Source of the DNA: Strigamia acuminata
Taxonomy: Eukaryota
Direction: 5' to 3'
NCBI GenBank assembly: GCA_949358305.1
Contig: OX442314.1
Coordinates: 9,982,001 to 10,046,000 of the forward strand
Length of the DNA: 64,000 nucleotides
In this document: positions 38,770 through 50,230 of the stretch, piece by piece
How the letters are laid out: every line of letters starts with the position of its first letter
How positions within the stretch are numbered: the first letter of the stretch is position 1
Notes under the pieces: generated by a model
The model's input: the letters and a program-made list of their open reading frames with translations, nothing else
Told to the model about the DNA's origin: nothing
Database searches by the model: none
Translations under genes and position numbers: made by a program

Positions 38770-39362
38770 GTTGTGTATGCGCCAAGACCCACACAAACGG
38801 TGCTACCATCTGCTCCTATCAAAGTCAAGTGAAGTCCAAATGCCGCCAAAATCAACAGGGAACACAACCATAATCAGTTCAGGATCGGCACATCCAGGAA
38901 TCCTGACCACGTTGAAACTTTTTACAAAGCCGATTAAATTAGTGTCAACTTTAAAACCCGTCCATGATCCATCCCAATGCTGTCTAAAATTTAAAAATTT
39001 AACAGAATTGAAAAAAAATTTTAAAAAAATTAAAAAAAAAAATTTAAAAGAATTAAAAAAAAAATTTTAAAAAATTTAAAAAAAAAATAAATAAATTTAA
39101 AAATTTAAAAAAATTTAAAAAAAAATGTAAAAATTTTTTAAATAAATTTAAAAATTTAAAAAAATTTAAAAAAAAATTTAATAGAATTGAAAAAAAATTT
39201 AAAAAAAATTTAAAAAAAGCTACGAGGATGGCGAGATAAAACAGATATTTCAATGCGAACAGCAACTCTTTTATCCAGTAGCAGATCTCAACAGCAAAAT
39301 CTCTACACAACGAATCCCCAATATGGCGGTCTTACTCAACAATCTCTCGCAAATCTCCAATT
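38770..39362 (-). pseudogene. Degenerate protein kinase relic (approx. subdomains V-IX)
   Basis: IGDLREIVE*..EICYWIKELLFALKYLF, an A/T-tract intron ending TTTTAG at ~38985, then KVDTNLIGFVKS..GCADPELIMV; parallels GDIQQFIQ..CWCWQITSALKYLH..KLTDIGFAWK..AYAAPELLTV of the kinase at 63.4-63.7 kb. Confidence 0.45.
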
Positions 39363-39738
39363 TTTACAAAAAAATTAAAAAAAATTTAAAAAAAAACATT
39401 AAAAATTTTTTTTATAAAAATATCTTATTTTTTCAAAAAATGTCAAAAAGTGTAAAAAGATTTCAAAAAATGTCAAAAGATTTCAAAAAAAGTCAAAAGA
39501 TTTCAAAAATTCTCCAAAATACTCTAAAATTTCCAAAACATTCGAAAAACCTTGAAAATTTTGCTCCATGTCAAATAAGCTTTAATTGCATTTTCCTTTA
39601 TTGCTATTTCATATTTATTTTGGCCATCATGTGTAATCAATTCATTCTAATTAATTGTAATAAAAAATTTAGTGTCTTCTTTAATAAATTGAATGGAATT
39701 AATTAAACTCCATTCACACGTGGCCATTAAATATATCT

Positions 39739-39747
39739 CTATATAAA
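39739..39747 (+). promoter_or_regulatory. TATA box of the CS-alpha/beta peptide gene
   Basis: CTATATAAA ~95 bp upstream of ATG 39839. Confidence 0.6.
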
Positions 39748-39838
39748 CCGTATCGCAACTACGGCACTCACATCCAGCAACAAGTTCTTCCACAAGCGCC
39801 ACTCAACTTGTTCCTCCTATTTATTTCATACGTCGAAA

Positions 39839-40067
39839 ATGAAATATCTCTTCATCGTGTTCTTCGTTATTCTGTTGTGCAGCATTGGTAAGTTATATTT
39901 TCCACACAAATAATTCACTCATTACTGGGCATTGACATGTTATATTCTGATTAGCAATGACGGTGGAGGCTGAATGTAACCCTGAAGATTGCGACGAAAC
40001 ATGTAAATATGATGGCGGCGGTATTTGTTATCCCGGTATCCATTTTTGCAGTTGCAACAGAGGCTGA
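39839..40067 (+). CDS. Secreted cysteine-stabilised alpha/beta peptide (defensin / short scorpion-toxin-like), 53-aa precursor (not in ORF track)
   Basis: Exon 1 39839-39887, phase-1 intron GTAAGT..TTAG 39888-39954, exon 2 39955-40067: MKYLFIVFFVILLCSIAMTVEA-ECNPEDCDETCKYDGGGICYPGIHFCSCNRG*; C-x4-C-x3-C-x7-C-x6-C-x-C with GxC; AATAAA at 40123. Confidence 0.9.
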
Positions 40068-40644
40068 ATGAGAAAAGGGTCAAAAGTGTTTAAACCCGAG
40101 ACAAACTGGGCACGACTGTAAAAATAAAAATTTAAACAATGTTGTGATCTTAATCTTATGTGTATATTTCTATATTTGTTCTCACCACTTACTTATTATT
40201 TTTAATTACTCTGCTTTGGCACATGCCAAACCTACGAGGACCAAATCGGCGACGGCCAGATTGGCAATTTCTTAAATCGCGACCAAAATTGGCGATAGCC
40301 TAATTTGGCACCAAATTTAAAATAATCTATTCTAATTATGCGATCAAGGACCAAATTGGCAATGGCCAGATTGGCGATGGTTATATATTTTAATTTTATC
40401 TCAAATTGGCGATGAATGCAAACTGGCGACAAATGCAAATTGGCGATTGGCGATTGCGAACGTCTCACATACATTTTGCATACAGAGTTGTATGTTTTGC
40501 GTATGTTTGTTACTGCTCCACTGCAAGTATTGACCGTGTTAACGTTAAGCTGGGACATTTCCTGCTATCTTTGCTAAGTTTGCAAACCCAGTGCTTTCGT
40601 GTGTATCGGCCACAGTTGATACACGCATTTCCACTGTTATTCAG

Positions 40645-41462
40645 TAGGCCTGTGCGAATTTGCGATTAATCAAAATGCGATTTTTTTTGGGTGAATATCG
40701 CAGCTGCTTGATGCTGGGCGCACACATACCGCGATTTTGCATCGCGTCGCGATTGCGTTGCCATTGCGCATGCGCAGGTGACGTCATTTCCTTCGCGCCG
40801 GTTTGAAATCTACTTTTGGAAATAGTACTTGTCCCAAGTACTATTTCGCCCGCGATTTATGTCGCAGCCAATCCCGTGAGCTGTTTGAAATGACGTCATT
40901 TCATCAACATTTTCGGTTGCTGTGTGAATGCTGTGGAATGACGTCATAAGATTGAATTCGCAGAGCTGAAATAGCTAAATGTGTGTAGCATTGCGCGCGA
41001 TTTACAGCGCGATTTCGCAAGCGAAATTGCGACGCGACGCAAAATCGCGGTGTGTTGCGCCCAGCATTAGTCAGTAGCTGTCGTTTGCGATATATCGCAA
41101 TATCGCATATCCTGATATATCGAGATATGCGATACTGTGATTATTGCGATTTAACTCGGCGCCGGCATATTACGCATTCAGGATGAGAAAGCATCTGGAC
41201 TGAAACAACTACAATTTGAATTAAATTTGTCAATTTTTTTGCATTTTTTTGTGTTGTTTTTAAGATGGATAATTTGGGCGATACCTTCCGATATTGCGAT
41301 ATCTTGCAATATTGCAATATTGGGAAATTTTGCGATATTGCGATATATTGCGATATTTTGTGATATTGCGGTTATTGCGATTATATCGCGATATATCGCA
41401 AAAAAATCGCAACAATCCAATATCCATTCGCATTCGCGAGAAGGACTCATCGCACAGGCCTA
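40645..41462. mobile_element. hAT-like MITE
   Basis: Perfect 13-bp TIRs TAGGCCTGTGCGA / TCGCACAGGCCTA, 8-bp flanks ttattcag / atattcag (7/8), subterminal gcgatat repeats. Confidence 0.85.
40712..41066. mobile_element. PIF/Harbinger (Tourist)-like MITE nested in the hAT MITE
   Basis: ~40-bp imperfect TIRs TGCTGGGCGCAcacatACCGCGATTTTGCaTCGCGTCGC at both ends, 3-bp flanks tga / tta. Confidence 0.75.
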
Positions 41463-43369
41463 ATATTCAGTGATCTCTGCTAATGCTGCCGCCATCGAGG
41501 AGGAAAACAATCATTTCATTATTCATTTCTTTGTTCAATTTCCATTATCGTATTTAGCCTAGTTTATTGTTTTAATTCTCTTAGTATTTAATCCAAATAA
41601 ATTATTATTTTATAAGTTACTTACCTCGTATTTATTTCAGACACTTAAGTGTGTTTACAGCATCTAAACAGTAAAATAACCCGAATCCCTGCCACAATTT
41701 GAAAAGTTAATGGAAATTAGAAATAAAATACTCTGTAATTTTTAATTTTCTCTCTTAAATTGATTCATTTAATTTGAGCCACAACACGACAAGCATTGTT
41801 TGCACGCAAGGACCCATCGCTTATCAATCCGTCTCTGATTTCACATCTAATCTCGTCCGTTTAACCCTAACGAGAGAGAACCAAAGTTGTTGTTGCAAAA
41901 TCGGTTTATTTATAGTTGGTTGATCTCGAATAAGGCCAACACCATTTATATTTAAAAATAAGAAATAAAAAAATGAGGTCTTTTATAACGTTAACTAAAA
42001 ATATCCGCCACGGTTTATTTTTTAAAAAAAAAAAAAAATTTTTATTTCAACAAAACCGATCAGAAAAATCAGAACAAACTCCGGATCCATTCTCATTAAG
42101 CCGCATCGAATGCGAATCGCACGCCGACTTGTGACGTCATTCGGCGAATGGCCTTTATTGAGTTTAAACCAAGTTTAACGCCATTTTTTCTCTCCGCGGA
42201 GCAATAACATCTTCCAGTCCTCGGTTTACTCGAGTGGGGCGTTTATTTTCACAACATTTACCCCTCGGCACGAGATTGGGGGCGTGCAACTATTTATCTA
42301 ATTTTTTATCTCAGTTTTCGTACGAACTGACCTCATCGAATCACGGCTTCTTGCTGCCCAGCTGCCTCCGCTCGTTAGTTGCTACGCAACCATTTCAAAG
42401 ATGGCGTCTACGCCAACCTCTTAACCCGCGCAATAATTCACACTTTTTTTCCACCATTTTGAACACGTCTTTATAATTTTTATCTCTCGTAAATTGAGAT
42501 AATCTGTTTTTAATTTTTTTCCCATTCAATAAAAAGATTTATCGAGTCATTGCGAGTCAATGTTCAAAACGTCCATCAATCAAATGCGAAACTGAAACCG
42601 AAGAACAAACACAGGTGCGGGATTAGCTCTGTCGCTAGTTGAGATACGGCGCTGGGCATCGGATTTGAGTGGCGTGGGAATTTATCGACTCATCAAACGA
42701 GGGTTATTACTTTCTTCGGTTGTTTTGTTGTTTGTGTTCCGTACAAAGGGGTCGGAAATGAATCATTTGGAATCAATCAAATGGCAAGGACACCTGTTGG
42801 CGAAGGCTAGGTTTGGAATGGGAATGAGGGCGCATGTCTGGACTCGTTCTAGTCGTTTCTATTGATGTTTACTGAGCGAAGAAGAGGGAGGGCAAAAGCG
42901 AGGGGCAAAGTGGCTGCAACGCAAACGAATGTGTGAATGGTTCTTTATTTAGAGGGCACTGAGGGAGGGAAATATAGGGCTCGTTTTCAAATGTATTAGG
43001 TTTGGGAATTTGGTTTTCGTTTTCGTTTAGAGTTAGTTGGATTGTTTCGTTAGGTTGTTTTTTTTATTTTTTTAATTTTATGTTGAGGGATGGTTCGTTT
43101 CATTAGCGTTTTGTTTTATTCTTGTGTTTGATGTAATTTTATTTGTTTTGTTTCCGTTTGAACTGATTTAAATTCGCTTCTAAACCTTTTTAAACTCGTC
43201 TTCTCTCCGTTTTAAACTCGTCTTCAAGCCATAAATTCTTAAATTTGTTTTCGTCTTAAAGTCGTTTTCGTCTTATATTCATTTTCGTTTTAAATTCGTT
43301 TTCGTCTTCAACTCGTTTTCGTTTCGTTTCCAAGCCGTTTTTAATCGTTTTGGTTTGAAACTTGATTTT

Positions 43370-43650
43370 GTTTCCAAATCGTTTTAATGTCGTTTCCAAA
43401 TCGTTTTAATGTCGTTTCCAAATCGTTTTAATGTCGTTTCCAAATCGTTTTAATGTCGTTTCCAAATCGTTTTAAACTCGTTTCCAAATCGTTTTAAACT
43501 CGTTTTAATGTCGTTTCCAAATCGTTTTAAACTCGTTTTAATGTCGTTTCCAAATCGTTTTAAACTCGTTTTAATGTCGTTTCCAAATCGTTTTAACCTC
43601 GTTTTAATGTCGCTTCCAAATCGTTTTAAACTCGTTTCCAAACCGTTTAA
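43370..43650. repeat. Tandem repeat, 22/33-bp units (gtcgtttccaaatcgttttaat[aaactcgtttt])
   Basis: Direct tandem copies. Confidence 0.9.
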
Positions 43651-45393
43651 AAATCGTTTCCCAGCCGGTTTCGTTACAATTTAAAAAATCCCCTTCTCTT
43701 ATCGTCATTTCACGCGCCGTAACAAAAACATTTCCACGTCCCAAATAACACAGAAAAATCCGTACAAAAACACCCGCTCGCCTTCCTCAACGGTGTTAAC
43801 GACCAACAACTCTTCCTCACTCATTCCAACTCCCCATCCCCCATTTTTATTATTTCCAAATTACACGTTGAGCTTACCTTTAATTTCCGTCCCATTCGCG
43901 CGGCGCTACACAAACGACGAAAACGAGGCTAAGGGTTCACACTCACAAAGATAAAATCTGCAAAATAATTGGGGACATCATTATTCACGATTCATTACCC
44001 CAAAACCAAACCCAGAACTGGGTCGTCCACAAATGACGTCATAAATTAACGAAAAATAAATCACATGCCAATTCCACCCAATCAAACCCCGAACGAATTC
44101 AAAACATTCTCTTTTTTCCTTCTCCTTTGTTCCAAGTTCCGGGTACAGCTCATGAATAATGACATACCATTGTAATTTACACCTATTTGCATCTAAATTA
44201 CACATTTACACTTGATATCGCCCCACTCGATCTCAATTCAAAGACTCAGCAAACTAAAGTGAGGGATCCTCTTTCCCCCCATTCAATTCCACCTTTTCCC
44301 TCTACCCACCTGTCCCAAGCTGCCACCAGTCTTTGTGCAACAGATGGTCGCCAACTCGAACATCTGCTGCTTGAAATATTATTTTTTTTTTTTTTTTAAA
44401 TCCTCCTTTACAACACCTGCTCTGTAGTTACACTCGAATAACTAAAATTTTGTGTTGTCTAAATGTTTTTTATTCCAAAAATAAATACACGACGTTTATT
44501 ATCCCAAAAAAAAACTGAAATTAAAAAAATAACCCTAAACCCCGTACGTTATCATTAGAAAACGAAATCTGTATGAAATCAAACAATACAAGGCCTATAA
44601 ATCATACAGGCGGAACAAAACAACCACGACCGACAAATTTAATTTGTTATTTAAATCGATAATTATAAAAATAAAATAAAAATGTCTCGATCTAAAAATA
44701 AAAATAATTTTCTTTCTCGATATTTGTTATTATCGCTGCTAGTTAGCCTAGTTTCAGACTTCTAGTTACAGTAATTTTACACCTGGTAGTGATTTGTGAA
44801 AGCTGCGAGGTCACTAGGTCGAGCCAAGTTGTAGTTAAAGGCCTGGGAAGGGGAGGAATAACCAATGACAGCGCATTTCAACACACATCTATCGGTTTTG
44901 TGTGAGATTTGTGACCGGTCCCATGTGATTCGAATACTGATTCGTATTTCGACCCCGTGACCCCGCCAATATCCTTTTCGTCTAAATTTTGGGGGTCCGG
45001 TATCCTGAGGAAATGAATTTTTAGACGGAAATGGTCGTTTGGAATTTATATCCCTAATGAAGGATTTCCTTCGTTCGTAATTTTTAGACGTGGCGAATTA
45101 AAAGATGAATCATTTATCAATTTAAAGAATTTAAAGAATTCGTGACCGATCCAAATGAGATGCAAATCTAACGAGCATCAAATAAAAAGACACCCGGATC
45201 CGGGTGAAATTTGAATTTCTAAAATTTTGTTTCTTAATTTTCTCGCTGTGTTTGTGTGGCGCCACCATCACCAACCAACCACGACGCCATTTTGGGGTTC
45301 TCAAGTATCTCAACCGCTGGGCAAAAGGTATCTATAAAATACGTAAAATTGAATCGTTTTGATCGTTTTTTTAAATTAATTTTTAGATAGAAA

Positions 45394-45930
45394 ATGCTCA
45401 AGCAACTGTTGGAAAATTATATTCCCGAATGTGATGAAGAAATCGATGCAAAAAGACGAATGATTGAGTTTTTAGACACCCGGGCGAACCCGTTTAGTAG
45501 GGAACAAAAGGACGGCCATTTTACCGGATCGGCATTTTTGCTCAATTCTGATTCGTCAAAATTTCTATTGATGCATCACAAGAAATTGGACAAATGGTTG
45601 CAACCGGGTGGTCACTGCGATGGCGACAGTGACGTTTTGGCCGTTGCATTGAGGGAAGCGAGAGAGGAGTCGGGTATCAATGAAATCGAACCGGTCAGCA
45701 AGGAAATTTACGATCTCGATGTTCACTTAATTCCCGAAAATCGCCATGAAGCGGCGCATTATCATTATGACGTCAGATTTCTGTTGAAAACGAATGGGAA
45801 TGATTGTTTGGTTCAAAATGGCGAATCAATGGCGCTGGAGTGGGTGGAGTTTTCGGCTTATGACAGTTGGGAAATGGTTTTGGATAATTCGGTTAGGAGA
45901 ATGGTGGATAAGTTCATGAAAAGTTTGTAA
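45394..45930 (+). CDS. Nudix hydrolase, bacterial-type, intronless CDS (178 aa)
   Basis: Nudix box variant GGHCDGDSDVLAVALREAREESGI plus GHFTGSAF, LLMHHKKLDKWLQPGGH and DLDVHLIP..HYHYDVRF motifs; AATAAA at 45941. Confidence 0.92.
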   Translation: MLKQLLENYIPECDEEIDAKRRMIEFLDTRANPFSREQKDGHFTGSAFLLNSDSSKFLLMHHKKLDKWLQPGGHCDGDSDVLAVALREAREESGINEIEPVSKEIYDLDVHLIPENRHEAAHYHYDVRFLLKTNGNDCLVQNGESMALEWVEFSAYDSWEMVLDNSVRRMVDKFMKSL

Positions 45931-46559
45931 TGTATTACGTAATAAAAGTGAATTAATTCAGATTGCTTCTACCTTGTAATACTGGGTTTTAGTGTGCGCC
46001 GGATGACAAGTTGATTTCTTTTACGAGATACTTTAAGATGAGAAATGGGTTTCATAAAGAAACGGAACTTGGCATTAAAAAACGGATTATCAAAGAAATG
46101 TATGGAATAAATTCTGCATTTAAATGTACAATGTCATTCTTTACGAACTGAAACGGAAAATAATTTAAAGAAAAATTAATATTTAACGTTAGAAACTTTA
46201 AATATATTGGAGTTTTGTTTATAACGTTCTTTGTAATAAAAATATAGGTAAATTATGATGTATGGAATTGAAATTTCGTTGAAAACGTTCAGATTCAAAT
46301 TACGATTTTACGTTATATTGTGTTCAAATTACGTTTTTACGTTATATTGTGTTCAAATTACGTTTTTACGTTATATTGAATTCAAATTACAGTTTTTACG
46401 TTATAATAAGATATTCAAATTGCGTCTGTTATAATGTATATTGGATTGAAATTACGTTATTTCATTGCATTGATGTAAAATTACGAGATTACGTGAAATT
46501 GATATGAAATTACGTTATTATATTGACCGAAATGACTTTCTACACGTTAAATTAAAATA

Positions 46560-47070
46560 ACGTTAATCGTAAAATTTCTAATTCTTGTAACTTAAACGTT
46601 AAAATTCTAATTCTTTTAACGTAAACGTTAAAATTCTAATTGGTAGAACTTAAAACGTTAAAATTCTAATTGGTAGAACTTAAAACGTTAAAATTCTAAT
46701 TGGTAGAACTTAAAACGTTAAAATTCTAATTGGTAGAACTTAAAACGTTAAAATTCTAATTGGTAGAACTTAAAACGTTAAAATTCTAATTGGTAGAACT
46801 TAAAACGTTAAAATTCTAATTCTTTTAACGTAAACGTTAAAATTCTAATTCGTAGAACATAAAACGTTAAAATTTTAATTCCTATAACGTAAGAAACGTT
46901 AAAATTCTAATTCTTATAACGTAAAAAACGTTAAAATTCTAATTAACGTAAAAAACGTTAAAATTCTAATTAACGTAAAAAAACGTTAAAATTCTAATTA
47001 ACGTAAAAAACGTTAAAATTCTAATTCCTATTCCGGAAAACATTAAAATTCTAATTCTTATAACGTGAAA
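46560..47070. repeat. Minisatellite, 30-bp unit (aaacgttaaaattctaattggtagaactta) with degenerate flanks
   Basis: Six perfect copies at ~46623-46810. Confidence 0.92.
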
Positions 47071-50000
47071 ATTTTATTTCCACAACGTTAAAAACTTAAA
47101 TTCTTACGTTTAGTCCTTTATCTACAAAACCAACGTTAAAAATTAAAACTATATTGCATTCATAACCTTCTCAAATATCACATCAAAACACTATCGTTAC
47201 AGATCCCCGATAACGCTAATGAGATTCACACTCCCGTAATTTCCTACACCATTTCCGCCCAACCATTGACCCAGCTCCGGCTCAATTCCACGCTCCACAA
47301 AACCAAAAATAAAACGTGCAATCAAACTCCACTTTTCCAACTCTTTCCACACATCGTTACATAAGCCGAACAAACACATTAAAAAATGAAAAACACACCA
47401 AACAAACCTCTTGACCAACCGTCTATTTACACTCGATAAATCAGCAAAAAGGCTTATCCTGTGTCCTCCGTGTCAAGTTTCAAACGACCGCTTGCAAAAC
47501 ACAAAACAACAAAACCACGTAGAACATCAAAAATCCAAAAAATCTCCAAAATTTACAAAAAAAACGGAAGATATTTACATTTACCTACTTTGCATGTGCA
47601 CAAAAGCTTCCTTTCCGCTCGGTAATTATTTTCAAGGTTGAATTGGAGGGTTCAAGGAAGGTTGATGTGATTATCTCGTAGGTAAGGACACCCCCCGCCA
47701 TGGCCTTGCCATTTTGCCATTGCCACCAAGATGGCGGCGCGGTGATGTGGGTTGCGTGCTGGTTTTTTCGTTTTTCGCTTTTTATTTGATGGTTTTTGTC
47801 TGGTTTTAAACTCGGTTGGGTGAGGGGTGATGTGGTTTGTGTGTTTTCTGGTCGTTGGGGTTTTAAATGTCGCTTAATATTCGTGTAACCTTGTATTTTG
47901 AACTGTCTGGTTTTTGGTAATTTGAGATTTGATGACGTCTGTGTGGAAGCAGCGCGTGGCTAATTGAGGTGGTAATTTGAGATTTGATGACGTCATGTGT
48001 GAGAGCAGCGCGTGGCTGGTTGAGGTCGTTGAGATAGTTTACTGGGTTGATTAAATGAGTGGTTTTGTGTGTCGGGAAAAATATAAAATAAAGAAATTTT
48101 GGAGGGTTTTGAAAAAGATGTGTTGGCCGTGTTCGCAGTATCAAAGCACTTGACTGAGGACATGAGTGTGTTCGGTTGTGTGTTTGAGTGGATGCAGTGT
48201 CAACAAGTGCATGGTAGAAAATGAATTGATTAAAGGAAGGCAGTTGGGAAATATATCGGGATTTTGGAAGAATTTTAACAGCAAAAATTGAATTTTTTAA
48301 AATTTTTTAGCAAAAGTTGAATTTTTGATCAAAATTTCAGCAAAAATTAAATTTTTATAAAAATTTCAGCAAAAATTGAATTTTTGATCAAAATTTCAGC
48401 AAAAATTAAATTTTTCATCAAAATTTGAACAAAAATTAAATATTGAAGGGAAAAAATTGAATTTGGAAGGTATAAATTGAAGTTTAAAGGAAATAATTGA
48501 TTTTGAAAGGAAATAATTGAATTTTTAAGGCAGGAAATTGACTTTTTGGAATTTTTAGGATAAGAAATTGAACTTTCAAGGAAGAAATTGAATTTTCAAA
48601 GAAAAAATTGAATTTTTATACAAAAAACTAAACTTTGAGAAAGAAAACTAAATTTTAAAATAAAAATTGATAAATTTTTAACGACCCAAATCTACCACCA
48701 CAAACCATGAATCATATCCAAAAAAAAAAAAATTCCATGTGAAAATTAAATGCATTTCTTATCATATCAACTCCGATCTTCGCCTCACTCAAATTTATCA
48801 CATCTGACTCAACCAAACTCAAACAACACTCCTTTCACCCTTCAAAAACCAAAAAAACTCAACATTCCAACTTCACCGCAAATCTCGCCCCGCGCCGCCC
48901 GCATCGAGTCGCTCGCCGCCCGCCGCGCCGCAGCACAATCACCGTCGAAATGGAAAAATAAAGAAAAACCTGCGCAAAACCCGAACAACAATTTCCTTTT
49001 AACTTTTAAACACTTGTTGCTTCCCAGGGGTCTCTTTTCAGTCGAAACAGGCTTCCAGTCCGCTTGAAACGCTCCCATTGAATGGTCAATCAAAGTGAAT
49101 TGTGGGTCTGGGAAGAAAAGTTTTTTTCTTCTTTTAAACTGGTCGTCTTTGTTAGAGAAACAACTCGGCTTTGAAAATGTCGGTTAGGGTTAAAGCAGGT
49201 GGTTGGGTAAGACACACCTTTGAAAGTGATTAAGAAATAAAGGAAAATGAGAGTTTTCTGTGAGTTTTATATAGTTTATTGATTGCCAAATCGATTTTGG
49301 ACGAAATAAAATAGTTGGTGTTGAAATTAATACATTTTTTGATGGTTTTAGACGATTTTAGACTGAAGAACAATTTTTTTTTGTTTAGGTAATACTGAGT
49401 TCTAAGTCTACTGTGTTGTTTATTTTGGTTTTTACAAAAATATTTGATTTTAAAAATAAAATTGGATTTTTGGTTTTTTTTTTTTTTTTTTACAAGTTGG
49501 TTTAATTTTCCAGTTTTTTTTTTACTAATAAATTCCAATTTATTTTCACTGCTTTTCATAAAATCAGATTTTCCATTGTTTTATTTTGTAAAAAATACAA
49601 TTTTTCTCTTTTTTTCTCAAAACTTTTTGTAAAATTAATTTTTTTAAATAAATACAAATTCCAAATTTCCACTTTGTTTCCAAAAATTCCAAATTTTTTA
49701 CCACAAATTCCAATTTTTCACTTTTTTACCAAAAACTTCCAAATTTCCACTTTGTCTCCAAAAATTCAAAATTTTCAACAAATTTTTAACTACAAATTCC
49801 AATTTTTCCACATTTTTTTTTACCGAAAAAATTTCAATTTTCCACATTTTTTTAACAAAAGAAAATCCAATTTTCCACATTTTTTTAACAAAAGAAAATC
49901 CAATTTTCCACATTTTTTTTCAAATTTTTTTTCAGTTTTTCCCTTTTTTTTAAAAAAAAAATCCCATTTTTCCACTTTTTTCAAAAAAATTTCAGTTTTT

Positions 50001-50230
50001 CACTCTTCTTCAATAAATTCCAAATCCTCTTCATTTTCCCTAAAAATCCAATTTTCCACTTTTTTTCCAAAAATTAAATTTTCCACATTATTTCCAAAAA
50101 GAAATCAAATCTTCCACAAATTTAATCCAAAAAAACAAATTCATCAACAAAACCAACAACTCACTAAAAATATATATACATCTTGAGCAAGAAAATCCAA
50201 AAAATCCAAAAAATCCAAAAACAAAAAACC

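Noticed and set aside
40233..40468. ttggcga-repeat segment ending CGAACGTCTC as a complete transposon
   Set aside because: Resembles one transposon end, but no matching TIR or target duplication found
45394..45930. Nudix ORF as bacterial contamination
   Set aside because: No neighbouring bacterial genes or operon; flanked by host-type repeats and eukaryotic signals, though read-level confirmation is still needed
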